Shown here one piece after another: positions 8,256-16,822 of a DNA stretch of 32,352 nucleotides. The notes beneath the pieces were generated by a model, which saw only the letters and a list, made by a program, of their open reading frames with translations, was not told the DNA's origin and did not search any database. This stretch comes from Pseudomonadota bacterium (GTDB taxonomy: Bacteria > Pseudomonadota > Alphaproteobacteria > RF32 > CAG-239). The position numbers were made by a program, and so were the translations under genes. The stretch is from positions 1 to 32,352 of the forward strand of contig CAKJXZ020000019.1 of assembly GCA_918234285.1 (NCBI GenBank), written 5' to 3'. Position 1 is the first letter of the stretch; every line of letters starts with the position of its first letter.

Positions 8256-9950
8256 CTATTCCAATTTAAAAGGTTCTTCGCTTTGCATTACCTTATCAAC
8301 CCAGCGAATAAATGCCGTTTCGGCGTCTTGTGAATTTTCTTCGGCTCGGGCTTGTACCTGACACCACAAAACTTTGAAATCGACCTTTGATACCGTCGGA
8401 TAATTGGCCAATGCCAAGGCCAGATTTATTTCCGTCGTCAATGCCGTATCCGTCCGATTGATACCGGAACGAATCCGCCAATAAGGAGCGGCTTTGGCGG
8501 TGCGATATCCTTCAAACGACGGCATAAGAAAATACAATGGTGTATACATATTTAATCTGTCTTGCACCGAGCTCCCCAACGCATCTTGTTTTTTTAGGTC
8601 GGTGGCATATTCTCTGCCGAGAGAACTGTCTTTAAGTATTTTCACCATAAATTTATCAAAGTGATTTCCCTTGCCGTCACCGTTACCGAACAGCATATTT
8701 TCCGGCCGTGAACGATCCGGTGAATCAAATGCTCCCAAAGGTTTGGTTGCCGGCTTCATAAGGTGCACAAAATCTTCAATGCTGCGAATCACATACCGGT
8801 TATCCTCGGTATCATATTTTATCCAACTGAGTTTATCGTTGAGTCGCCGCAAATACCGCTCCTTATCAATATAAAAACCGGCATAATTCTTCATAAACGA
8901 CGGCACCGTATTTTCATCAATCTGCAACGGATATTTGCTGGTTTGCAAAAATTCGTTCAAAGAATCTTCAATTGTCTCTTTAACAAACTGATAGTAACCT
9001 CCTTCTTGATATACCCCGCGCTCGGAATATTGCAGTATTAACGGGTTACCGCGCATATCACGAAAACCGGCATTATTTACATAATTTGCATATTCGCGTG
9101 CCATTTTCTGCGAAAGTTTCAGCTGGTTATCGCTCAGACCGCCACGGGTTGCCCCCATATTCCATTCATAAGCTTCGTTGGCCGCATCAAAGTTAGTCGA
9201 CGGTGACCAAGCCATAACTCCGTATATACGCTCATTGCCGCGTTCCAACGCCCCGATGTCCTTAAAATACGGCCGAAACAACGGACTATCCGCGGTTGTA
9301 CCCACCAAAGAAGCCAATCCGCCACCGGCCTCAGCACCAAACACAAAGATATAATCGGTGTTTGCCGGCACCTGCTTTTGATTATGCCGCAAATAGCGTA
9401 TGGCGGCCTTAATATCAACCAACCCGGCCGGAACTCCGTGCTCTTTTCCTCTAAATCCGACATGGGCATAAATATGTCCGGCTTTAGTGTGTGCACTGAC
9501 ATTTCGATATGCCTTCAATGCCGGATTCGCCTCATATTCCGAAGTCTCTATCGGTATGACAATCGGCGCGTTCTTAATTGTATATTCGCCGATTTTACCG
9601 GCTTCATTCGGCTCGCAACCATAGGTCCCTGACCCGTTAGCACGACACTTCATAAACTCTGCCGGCACAAACAAAGCCATTCTCTCATACTTTTCATCTT
9701 CCGGACGCTGAACATACAAAATCCCCAGCTGATAATAAACATTATCCGCCTCATTGTAGCGCCAGCTTGCCATATTGATAATCTCGCCGTATTCCGAATT
9801 TATCGGCCGCCTATATTCTTCCGCCGCGCTGTCGACGCTGTCCAACAACTCGTCTCCGGCGTCGTGATGATGAGTTTTAAACAAATAAGCCGCATATCCT
9901 GCCAAAAGAAGGGCTGCAATAACCGAAATCAACAATACTTTCTGACGCAT
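8256..9950 (-). CDS. Tannase (subtype A)-like alpha/beta hydrolase, N-terminally anchored, catalytic residues apparently altered
   Basis: APIVIPI, DIKAAIRYLRHN and YWRIRSGI..DTALTTEINLALAL motifs; nucleophile elbow reads GAEAG; ATG at 9950 with GGAGAG. Confidence 0.75.
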   Translation of the reverse strand: MRQKVLLISVIAALLLAGYAAYLFKTHHHDAGDELLDSVDSAAEEYRRPINSEYGEIINMASWRYNEADNVYYQLGILYVQRPEDEKYERMALFVPAEFMKCRANGSGTYGCEPNEAGKIGEYTIKNAPIVIPIETSEYEANPALKAYRNVSAHTKAGHIYAHVGFRGKEHGVPAGLVDIKAAIRYLRHNQKQVPANTDYIFVFGAEAGGGLASLVGTTADSPLFRPYFKDIGALERGNERIYGVMAWSPSTNFDAANEAYEWNMGATRGGLSDNQLKLSQKMAREYANYVNNAGFRDMRGNPLILQYSERGVYQEGGYYQFVKETIEDSLNEFLQTSKYPLQIDENTVPSFMKNYAGFYIDKERYLRRLNDKLSWIKYDTEDNRYVIRSIEDFVHLMKPATKPLGAFDSPDRSRPENMLFGNGDGKGNHFDKFMVKILKDSSLGREYATDLKKQDALGSSVQDRLNMYTPLYFLMPSFEGYRTAKAAPYWRIRSGINRTDTALTTEINLALALANYPTVSKVDFKVLWCQVQARAEENSQDAETAFIRWVDKVMQSEEPFKLE

Positions 9951-10110
9951 TTCACTCTCCGCTGTTGATGAAACCAATCTACAAAAAGCATATTGCATCT
10001 GACCGGTACTGTCAAACGCAAATGAGCCCGTTGTGCGTATTTTTTGAGGTTGAAATCGCTGATGACATGTGCTAGCATTGGCATAAATTGATTTTACGGA
10101 GGCTGCGATT

Positions 10111-10578
10111 ATGCTTATAAAAACAACCTATTTCCTGGCGATTATCATGATTGTCGGATATGTTCTGCTCGGTCACACAACTCCCACCCGTGCCGACAAT
10201 TTAATCTATTATCAAAACGGTCAAGCAGAGCAGTTGCCGCTTGATAAAATGCCGGAAATCCTTGCAAATACCGACGCATTGATAAGCAAAATTGATGATG
10301 CCTTCCAGCTGATAGTAACAGACGAACTCATCACAGAATTAAAAAGTAAAGAATGTCTGGAGATTGTTTTATCTGCAAAACGTGAAGTAAAACCTAATGA
10401 TTTTGTTGCATCCGGCTTTTTTTATTCGCGCTTGTTGCTTCCGCTCTGCAACGGCGAAAACTGCGGTAAAGGCGCCGTATTTTATTTCGGCAACGACCGT
10501 ACCTATTTTACCCCGCCGTATATCAACAAAAACGATGACACTCATTTGGAAGAAATCCGCAAAATTATAGGTAAATAA
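10111..10578 (+). CDS. Hypothetical exported protein
   Basis: GGAGG RBS; signal-peptide-like N-terminus. Confidence 0.75.
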   Translation: MLIKTTYFLAIIMIVGYVLLGHTTPTRADNLIYYQNGQAEQLPLDKMPEILANTDALISKIDDAFQLIVTDELITELKSKECLEIVLSAKREVKPNDFVASGFFYSRLLLPLCNGENCGKGAVFYFGNDRTYFTPPYINKNDDTHLEEIRKIIGK

Positions 10579-10589
10579 CGGGAAATATT

Positions 10590-11102
10590 ATGCGCTCGCT
10601 ACGACTTTTTTTATCATTATTCCTTTTGTTCTCCTGTTCGCCCGAAAATAAAACCGCGCAAACGGAAACGGCGAACATCGATAATATTTTGGTAGAAAAA
10701 GCCAACCGGAAATTATATCTGCGGCAGGGCGAAAATATCATCAAAACTTATAACATATCTCTGGGCCGCAATCCCGTCGGTACCAAGGTCAAATCCGGCG
10801 ACAACAAAACACCCGAAGGAACTTATCATATTGTCAGCCACAATCCGCACAGTAAATTTCATCTTTCTTTGCGGATTTCCTACCCCGACGCCGCGCAAAT
10901 CAAGGCCGCCGAAGAAGGCAACTATTCTGCCGGCGGCGATATCATGATTCACGGTTTTCCCAACAAAGTTCCGACCGCCGTATTTAAATTATATCACAAA
11001 TTCAGCGATTGGACCGCCGGTTGTATTGCCGTTACCAACGCCGAAATCGAGGAGATTTACAACCTGGTTAAAGACGGCACTCCGATAACCATAAAACCTT
11101 GA
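10590..11102 (+). CDS. L,D-transpeptidase family (YkuD) lipoprotein
   Basis: LFSC lipobox, GDNKTPEGTY, LRISYP, IMIHG and WTAGCIAV with catalytic His/Cys. Confidence 0.92.
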   Translation: MRSLRLFLSLFLLFSCSPENKTAQTETANIDNILVEKANRKLYLRQGENIIKTYNISLGRNPVGTKVKSGDNKTPEGTYHIVSHNPHSKFHLSLRISYPDAAQIKAAEEGNYSAGGDIMIHGFPNKVPTAVFKLYHKFSDWTAGCIAVTNAEIEEIYNLVKDGTPITIKP

Positions 11103-11110
11103 TTCAAGCA

Positions 11111-11137
11111 AAGAACCGCCCGAACGGGCGGTTTTTT
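11111..11137. terminator. Bidirectional terminator hairpin
   Basis: AACCGCCC-GAAC-GGGCGGTTTTTT between convergent genes. Confidence 0.8.
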
Positions 11138-11158
11138 AACAGAATTTACCTGCCGATA

Positions 11159-13222
11159 TTACAGAATAAATCTGTGCATCAGCGCCGAAACATCGGCCAA
11201 CAACGCTATACGGTTTTGGCGTTCGCGCAAGTCGTCCGAAAGCACCATATTATTATCAAAGAAAGTATTAATCGGTGCACAAATCTCGCTCATAACCTTC
11301 ACAAAATTCATATAATCCTTTTGCTCGAGGTATTGCTCCGCCGCCGCTTTGGCCGCAACAAATGCCTCCGCCGCGCGTTTCTCGTCCGCATTGTTTACCA
11401 GAGCCATCGCAAATTCGGTTTGCTTCTTTTCCTTCATCAAATTATCGATACGCTGCATGGTTTGCGCAAACAACTTAAACGGCTCGGCCGTCAGCAAATT
11501 ATTGATAACCTGCGCCTTAACGTCGATTTCCGCCACATTAATCGTCGCCAAATCAATCCGGTTGATGACGTCGGTTATCGAATAATGTAAATCTTCATTC
11601 AGCATCACCGAGAGGCGCTGTTTGATAAAGCCGATTACATAATCAACAAAGTCAGCTTTGCTCATATTTTCAGCCTTATAATAGCCTTCATACAAATCGG
11701 CAACTTCGGCCACAAAATCAGCCAATGCGATATTAAAGCCGAATTTACGGACAATCAGCAAAATACCGATTGTCTGGCGGCGCAACGCAAACGGGTCCTG
11801 CGAGCCGGTCGGCTTCAAATTAACCGCGCACAAACCCAAAATGGAATCCAATTTATCGGCAATTGCCATAACGGCACCGAGTTCGGTTTCCGGCAATCTA
11901 TCGCCAGCAAAACGCGGCAAATATTGTTCTTCAATAGCTTTGGAAACACTCTGCTCATAGCCTTCTTCCGCTGCATAAATACTTCCCATAATGCCTTGCA
12001 ATTCGGAAAATTCGCCCACCACGGTCGAAACCAAATCCGCTTTCATAATCGCCGCCACCGTATCGATTTGCTTATCCGCACCGAGCGCCGATTTTTGCGC
12101 CAACAAATGCGCCAACGCGGCAACACGTTTCATTTTTTCGGCATAACTTCCCAACTTGGTCTGAAACACCACTTGCGGCAATTTCTTCGCTTTATCCGCC
12201 AACGTGGTCTTTTTATCTTCGTGATAGAAAAACTCGCCGTCTTTCAAACGCGCCGTCAACACACGCTGATTGCCTTTGGTAACACCGTCAATACCATAAT
12301 CATCGCCGTTACGCACAAACACAAAACAGTTGGCCAATTTACCGTTACGATATGCCGGAAAATAGCGTTGATGGTCTTTCATCGGCGTAATCACAATCGG
12401 GTCCGGCATCGCCAAAAATGCCTCATCAAAATGACCGAGAGCCGCCGTCGGATATTCCACCAAATTCACGATTTCATCAAGCAAACTCTCGTCAATCGGC
12501 ACCTGAATATCATTCTTTTGTTCCAAATCCTGAATTTGCTGTAAAATCAACTTCTTGCGTTCATCTTGGTTCACAATCACAAAAGCTTCTTTAGCCTTGG
12601 CGAAGTAGTCGTCAACCGATGTAATCGTATATTTTTTATCCGCCAACATTCTGTGTCCTTGCGTAAAATCGGCCGCACTTAAAAATTCCAGTGCAAAATC
12701 CAACCGCCGCGTCCCCAAAAACGCCAGCAACCAACGTATCGGGCGAATATATTTGCCGACAAACACATTCCAACGCATCGGATTCGGCTGATATACCGAC
12801 ATAATCAAATCCGGCAGAATCTTTTCCAAAATTTCGCCGGTATCTTTCGCCGCCGTTTTCTGCACGGCAAAGATATATTCAACCCCCTTGATATCCTTAA
12901 CGAAAGTATCATCCAAAGTCAGTTTGCGACCGGCCAAAAAGCCCTCCAACGCCTTGGTCGGTTTGCCGTTTTCATCATACGCACTCTTTTGCGCCGGACC
13001 TTTGACTTCCACTTCCTGACCGGCCACCTGCAAAGCAACGTTTTCGATATATAAAACCAAGCGGCGCGGTGTATAAAAAACCTTCAATCCGGCAAATTCG
13101 ATTAAATTTTCCGCCAAAGCCTTCTGCGTGTTGTCGCGCAGACTTTCAGCCATTCTTTTGACATACTGTGCCGGAATTTCCTCTATTCCGATTTCCAGTA
13201 AAAACTTTTCACTTGCTGTCAT
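11159..13222 (-). CDS. glyS: Glycine--tRNA ligase beta subunit
   Basis: FLLEIGIEEIP, TPRRL, IRPIRWL, LVEYP, HQRYFP, EFSELQGIMG, PTGSQDPFALRR. Confidence 0.97.
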   Translation of the reverse strand: MTASEKFLLEIGIEEIPAQYVKRMAESLRDNTQKALAENLIEFAGLKVFYTPRRLVLYIENVALQVAGQEVEVKGPAQKSAYDENGKPTKALEGFLAGRKLTLDDTFVKDIKGVEYIFAVQKTAAKDTGEILEKILPDLIMSVYQPNPMRWNVFVGKYIRPIRWLLAFLGTRRLDFALEFLSAADFTQGHRMLADKKYTITSVDDYFAKAKEAFVIVNQDERKKLILQQIQDLEQKNDIQVPIDESLLDEIVNLVEYPTAALGHFDEAFLAMPDPIVITPMKDHQRYFPAYRNGKLANCFVFVRNGDDYGIDGVTKGNQRVLTARLKDGEFFYHEDKKTTLADKAKKLPQVVFQTKLGSYAEKMKRVAALAHLLAQKSALGADKQIDTVAAIMKADLVSTVVGEFSELQGIMGSIYAAEEGYEQSVSKAIEEQYLPRFAGDRLPETELGAVMAIADKLDSILGLCAVNLKPTGSQDPFALRRQTIGILLIVRKFGFNIALADFVAEVADLYEGYYKAENMSKADFVDYVIGFIKQRLSVMLNEDLHYSITDVINRIDLATINVAEIDVKAQVINNLLTAEPFKLFAQTMQRIDNLMKEKKQTEFAMALVNNADEKRAAEAFVAAKAAAEQYLEQKDYMNFVKVMSEICAPINTFFDNNMVLSDDLRERQNRIALLADVSALMHRFIL

Positions 13223-13235
13223 CTAAAAAACTCCT

Positions 13236-14078
13236 TTAGCACTCTTGCGACAAATACGATTTGGCGATTTCTTTCATCAAATTACGAATACGCGCAATAT
13301 AGTTGGCACGTTCGGTAACGCTGATGGCTCCCTTGGCATCCAACACATTAAACATATGCGAACATTTCAGCGCAAAATCATACGCGGTGTAGATATTGCC
13401 CAAAGCGGTCAAACGCTTGGATTCCGTTTCATAATTGTCAAAATCGGCAAACAGCTGCTTCTCGTTGCACAGCTCAAAACAATATTTTGAGTGGTCGTAT
13501 TCGCGGTGATGATAAATATCGCCGTATTTTTCCGCCGGACTGTATTGCAAATCATACACGTTTTCCACGTTTTGCAAATACATCGCAATGCGCTCGAGAC
13601 CGTAAGTAATCTCCGCCGTAATCGGCTTGCAGGTCATACCGCCGATTTCCTGGAAAAAGGTAAATTGCGTAATTTCCATACCGTCGAGCCATACTTCCCA
13701 ACCCTTACCGAAAGCGCCGAGCGTCGGGGACTCCCAGTTATCTTCCACAAAGCGAATGTCGTGCTCTTTTTTGTTAAAGCCGATATATTCCAAACTCTTG
13801 ATATAAATATCCACAATATCAATCGGCGACGGTTTGATAATTACCTGAAACTGATGGTGCTGATACAAGCGGTTCGGGTTATCGCCGTATCTGCCGTCGG
13901 CCGGCCGGCGTGACGGTTCCACATAAGCGCGCGCCACCGGCTTTTCACCGAGCGCACCGAAAAAAGTCAGCGGATTCATGGTACCGGCGCCCTTTTCCAC
14001 ATCGTAAGGTTCGCCGATGGTACAACCTTGTTCCAACCAAAAATCCTGCAATTTGCGTTTTAATTCCTGAAAATTCAT
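13236..14078 (-). CDS. glyQ: Glycine--tRNA ligase alpha subunit
   Basis: [40 protein letters not shown]; ATG at 14078. Confidence 0.97.
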   Translation of the reverse strand: MNFQELKRKLQDFWLEQGCTIGEPYDVEKGAGTMNPLTFFGALGEKPVARAYVEPSRRPADGRYGDNPNRLYQHHQFQVIIKPSPIDIVDIYIKSLEYIGFNKKEHDIRFVEDNWESPTLGAFGKGWEVWLDGMEITQFTFFQEIGGMTCKPITAEITYGLERIAMYLQNVENVYDLQYSPAEKYGDIYHHREYDHSKYCFELCNEKQLFADFDNYETESKRLTALGNIYTAYDFALKCSHMFNVLDAKGAISVTERANYIARIRNLMKEIAKSYLSQEC

Positions 14079-14109
14079 TAAGTGCCTCACTTATTTATAA
14101 TTCTGCGGG

Positions 14110-14138
14110 ATTGTACCCACAAAAAAAAGTCATGTCAA
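14110..14138 (-). promoter_or_regulatory. Sigma70 promoter of glyQS
   Basis: TTGACA(14138-14133)-17 bp-TACAAT(14115-14110). Confidence 0.8.
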
Positions 14139-14195
14139 CAGATATTTATTTTGCTTGGCATACTCCCGTTGCCGAAACGATATACCGATTCCGCC

Positions 14196-15404
14196 TCAGC
14201 CGCGCCGCAATTCATCCAACGTTTGCGCGATAACATCGGCATATTCCGCCACAGCCTCAGCCGACGTACCTTCGCGAAAAATCGGCATTCCGAAAGAATT
14301 TTGCAACACTTTTTCCGTCAGCGGCAACTTGCCATAACCGTAATTGACCGCCTTATCGGCAAACACTTTGTGGGTGTGCAAAAGCGGATAAAATTCGTTT
14401 TCAATCGGCACTCCTCTTGCTTTGAGCACCGCAATTAAATCCGCTTTAGACACGGTAAAGTCTTGCATATCAATCAAAATGCGATAGCTAAAATGCCCGC
14501 CCGGCCGATAAAACGGCGACTTTTGCCGCGGAACTCTGACCGACGGAATTTTTTCCAGGGCCGCATAAAACATTTGGTGCAGTTTGTTTTCTTTTTGTAA
14601 ACGTTCTTCCAGGTTTTCCGTTTCGACCAGCGCCAATGCCGCACAAAGCGGGCTGATTCGATGTTTATACCCTAATCCGAGATATGCCAAATCGGTATCT
14701 GCGACCAATTCTTTTCTGGCGCGCTCGTAGTGGCCCAAAAGCAACGCCCGCTCATAATACTTTTTATTGCCCGTCAAAAAGATACCGCCCTCGCCGGCAC
14801 ACAACGGCTTGCCGGCCTGCATACTGAAACAACCGATATCAAACAGCGTCCCTACCGGTTTATCTCGCCAATATGCCCCTAAAACGTGCGACGCATCTTC
14901 AATAACCGGAACATAATACTGTTCCGCAATTCGCTTAATCTCATCCAAATCCGTAACCTGCCCGAACAAATGCGGAACCACAATCGCCGCCGTATTTGGA
15001 TTGATTTTGCGCTCCAAATCCTGCGGGTCGACCATCAGAGTTTCCGCGCTTATTTCCGCAAATCTGACGGTTGCACCGCAATTTATTGCCGGCAAAATCG
15101 AGGCCCACCACGTAAACGACGGACACAATATCTCTTTACCTTTCAAAGCTTCGGCCGGTTCATATCCTTCGCCGACGGCAAAAAAAGCCGAATGCAGCGT
15201 GGCCGTTCCGTTATTCATCGTCAACACATAATCAACATTGAAGAAACTCTTTAATTTTTTCTCCAACTCGCGCGTCATACCGCCTTCATCGGGAAAAGAT
15301 ATATCGCGCTTTGTCAGACACTTCTGCAGTGCGGCCAAGTGCTTATCGGTCAATACCGGATACGTAAAAGATGCCTTGTTTTTCATCATAACCTCCGCTT
15401 TCAT
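14196..15404 (-). CDS. DegT/DnrJ/EryC1/StrS PLP-dependent sugar aminotransferase
   Basis: NNGTATLH, PSFTWWAS, VIEDASH, FSMQAGKPLCAGEGG; GGAGG suggests an alternative start at 15386/15389. Confidence 0.93.
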   Translation of the reverse strand: MKAEVMMKNKASFTYPVLTDKHLAALQKCLTKRDISFPDEGGMTRELEKKLKSFFNVDYVLTMNNGTATLHSAFFAVGEGYEPAEALKGKEILCPSFTWWASILPAINCGATVRFAEISAETLMVDPQDLERKINPNTAAIVVPHLFGQVTDLDEIKRIAEQYYVPVIEDASHVLGAYWRDKPVGTLFDIGCFSMQAGKPLCAGEGGIFLTGNKKYYERALLLGHYERARKELVADTDLAYLGLGYKHRISPLCAALALVETENLEERLQKENKLHQMFYAALEKIPSVRVPRQKSPFYRPGGHFSYRILIDMQDFTVSKADLIAVLKARGVPIENEFYPLLHTHKVFADKAVNYGYGKLPLTEKVLQNSFGMPIFREGTSAEAVAEYADVIAQTLDELRRG

Positions 15405-16822
15405 AAATATTTTTCAATGATGGAATCCGCCGCCATCAACCCCGTTGCGCCGGCTGCGGAAATCCCCGAAACCACCCCGCCGGCGTCGCCGATAAAATAC
15501 AGCCCTGGACAGTTGCTTTCGGCCTTTTTTAACTCGAGCCGCGGCGCATATTTCACTGCCGAAGGCGCCAGCAACACCGTATTGTTATAAAAATAATTCG
15601 AGTCCGTAACCACCGACTTCATCAGCTCGATAAACCATTCAATCGCAATCCCGTATTTTTCCGCCAACGGCCGCAAATTAGCCGCAACACAGCCGCTCAA
15701 GGTTAAAGATAAATCATCGATATCCGCCTGAGCCGATTTACTTCCGCTCAAGTAATCCGCCAACTTTTGCGCCGGAACTGCTCCTTTTTCCAAAGTATTG
15801 GCCTCATGCACAAATTCCGCCGCAAATTTGCAACTGTTTTTACCTGCCGGCACTTTCACTTTTGAAAGCAGCGAAAAATTTGTTTTATTGCCGCGACACG
15901 AATAAGCATGTTGCCCGTCCAAAACAAAATCCTCGCTTCCCCAGGCAAACGGATATTTCATCATTCGCCCGCCGCCGCAAATACAAAAAGTCCGATGTTT
16001 GCCGCAGGCGCTTTTAATGCGCGGATTGCAGGCACCGCCTAACAGTTTATCCGCAATTTCCGCCGAAGTTTCCACTCTGAATCCCAATTCTGTTTCCGCC
16101 GGAAAACTATGTTGTAAGGCGAATTTACGGATAAATTCCGCCACCATTGGAATGCTGCGATAACCGGTTGCCACCGCTACCGTTTTGGCATAAAACTTTT
16201 CCGTTTCTTCGCCTGTTTTTTGCTTACACGATACTATAAAATCCCCGTTTTTATCAATGTCCGTAACCGTTCTGCTGCCGAGAAGGCATACGCCGTATTG
16301 CGCCAAATCCCGCTCCAACTTGGCCGCGATTTTTTTAATATCATCCAACCTGGCCGGTATGGTTCCGGAAGGAGACGCCCCCACACGAGCATTACCGCAA
16401 ACGGCTGGCTCAGCCGCTGGCTTTTGCAACCCGGCCGCAAACATATAGTCATAAAATTTCATAATATACGCTTCCGTCGCATCGCCCAAAGCCGCCTCCA
16501 AAAACGGCGAAAACTTGAAATCGGCGATACGCTCTTTTTGCTCGCCGTCCGCATAGGGATAATTATCAAAATTTGCTTCAAAATGCAGAGCCGCCCCGCC
16601 CAATCCGGACAGGCATGAATGTCGCCGGCAGCACGGCTCGTGCAAAGAACAATCATAAGTCTGACGCACAAAATGAGCGCACAAATTATCGTCAAATGCC
16701 CCGCCTTTATCGAGCAACAACACTTTTTTCCCGTTTTGAGCGAGCGAGACGGCGCACAAAGCACCGGCCGGGCCGGCACCGATAATAATCGTGTCAAACT
16801 TTTTTACTTTATTTTCTTCCAT
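15401..16822 (-). CDS. FAD/NAD(P)-dependent oxidoreductase with Cys-rich insert
   Basis: IIIGAGPAG, Cys cluster before SGLGGA, RTFCICGGG, GLYFIGDAGG..SGI. Confidence 0.85.
   Translation of the reverse strand: MEENKVKKFDTIIIGAGPAGALCAVSLAQNGKKVLLLDKGGAFDDNLCAHFVRQTYDCSLHEPCCRRHSCLSGLGGAALHFEANFDNYPYADGEQKERIADFKFSPFLEAALGDATEAYIMKFYDYMFAAGLQKPAAEPAVCGNARVGASPSGTIPARLDDIKKIAAKLERDLAQYGVCLLGSRTVTDIDKNGDFIVSCKQKTGEETEKFYAKTVAVATGYRSIPMVAEFIRKFALQHSFPAETELGFRVETSAEIADKLLGGACNPRIKSACGKHRTFCICGGGRMMKYPFAWGSEDFVLDGQHAYSCRGNKTNFSLLSKVKVPAGKNSCKFAAEFVHEANTLEKGAVPAQKLADYLSGSKSAQADIDDLSLTLSGCVAANLRPLAEKYGIAIEWFIELMKSVVTDSNYFYNNTVLLAPSAVKYAPRLELKKAESNCPGLYFIGDAGGVVSGISAAGATGLMAADSIIEKYL

Noticed and set aside
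14079-14195. T-box riboswitch upstream of Firmicutes-like glyQS
   Set aside because: The promoter lies about 30 nt from the start codon, leaving no room for a leader.
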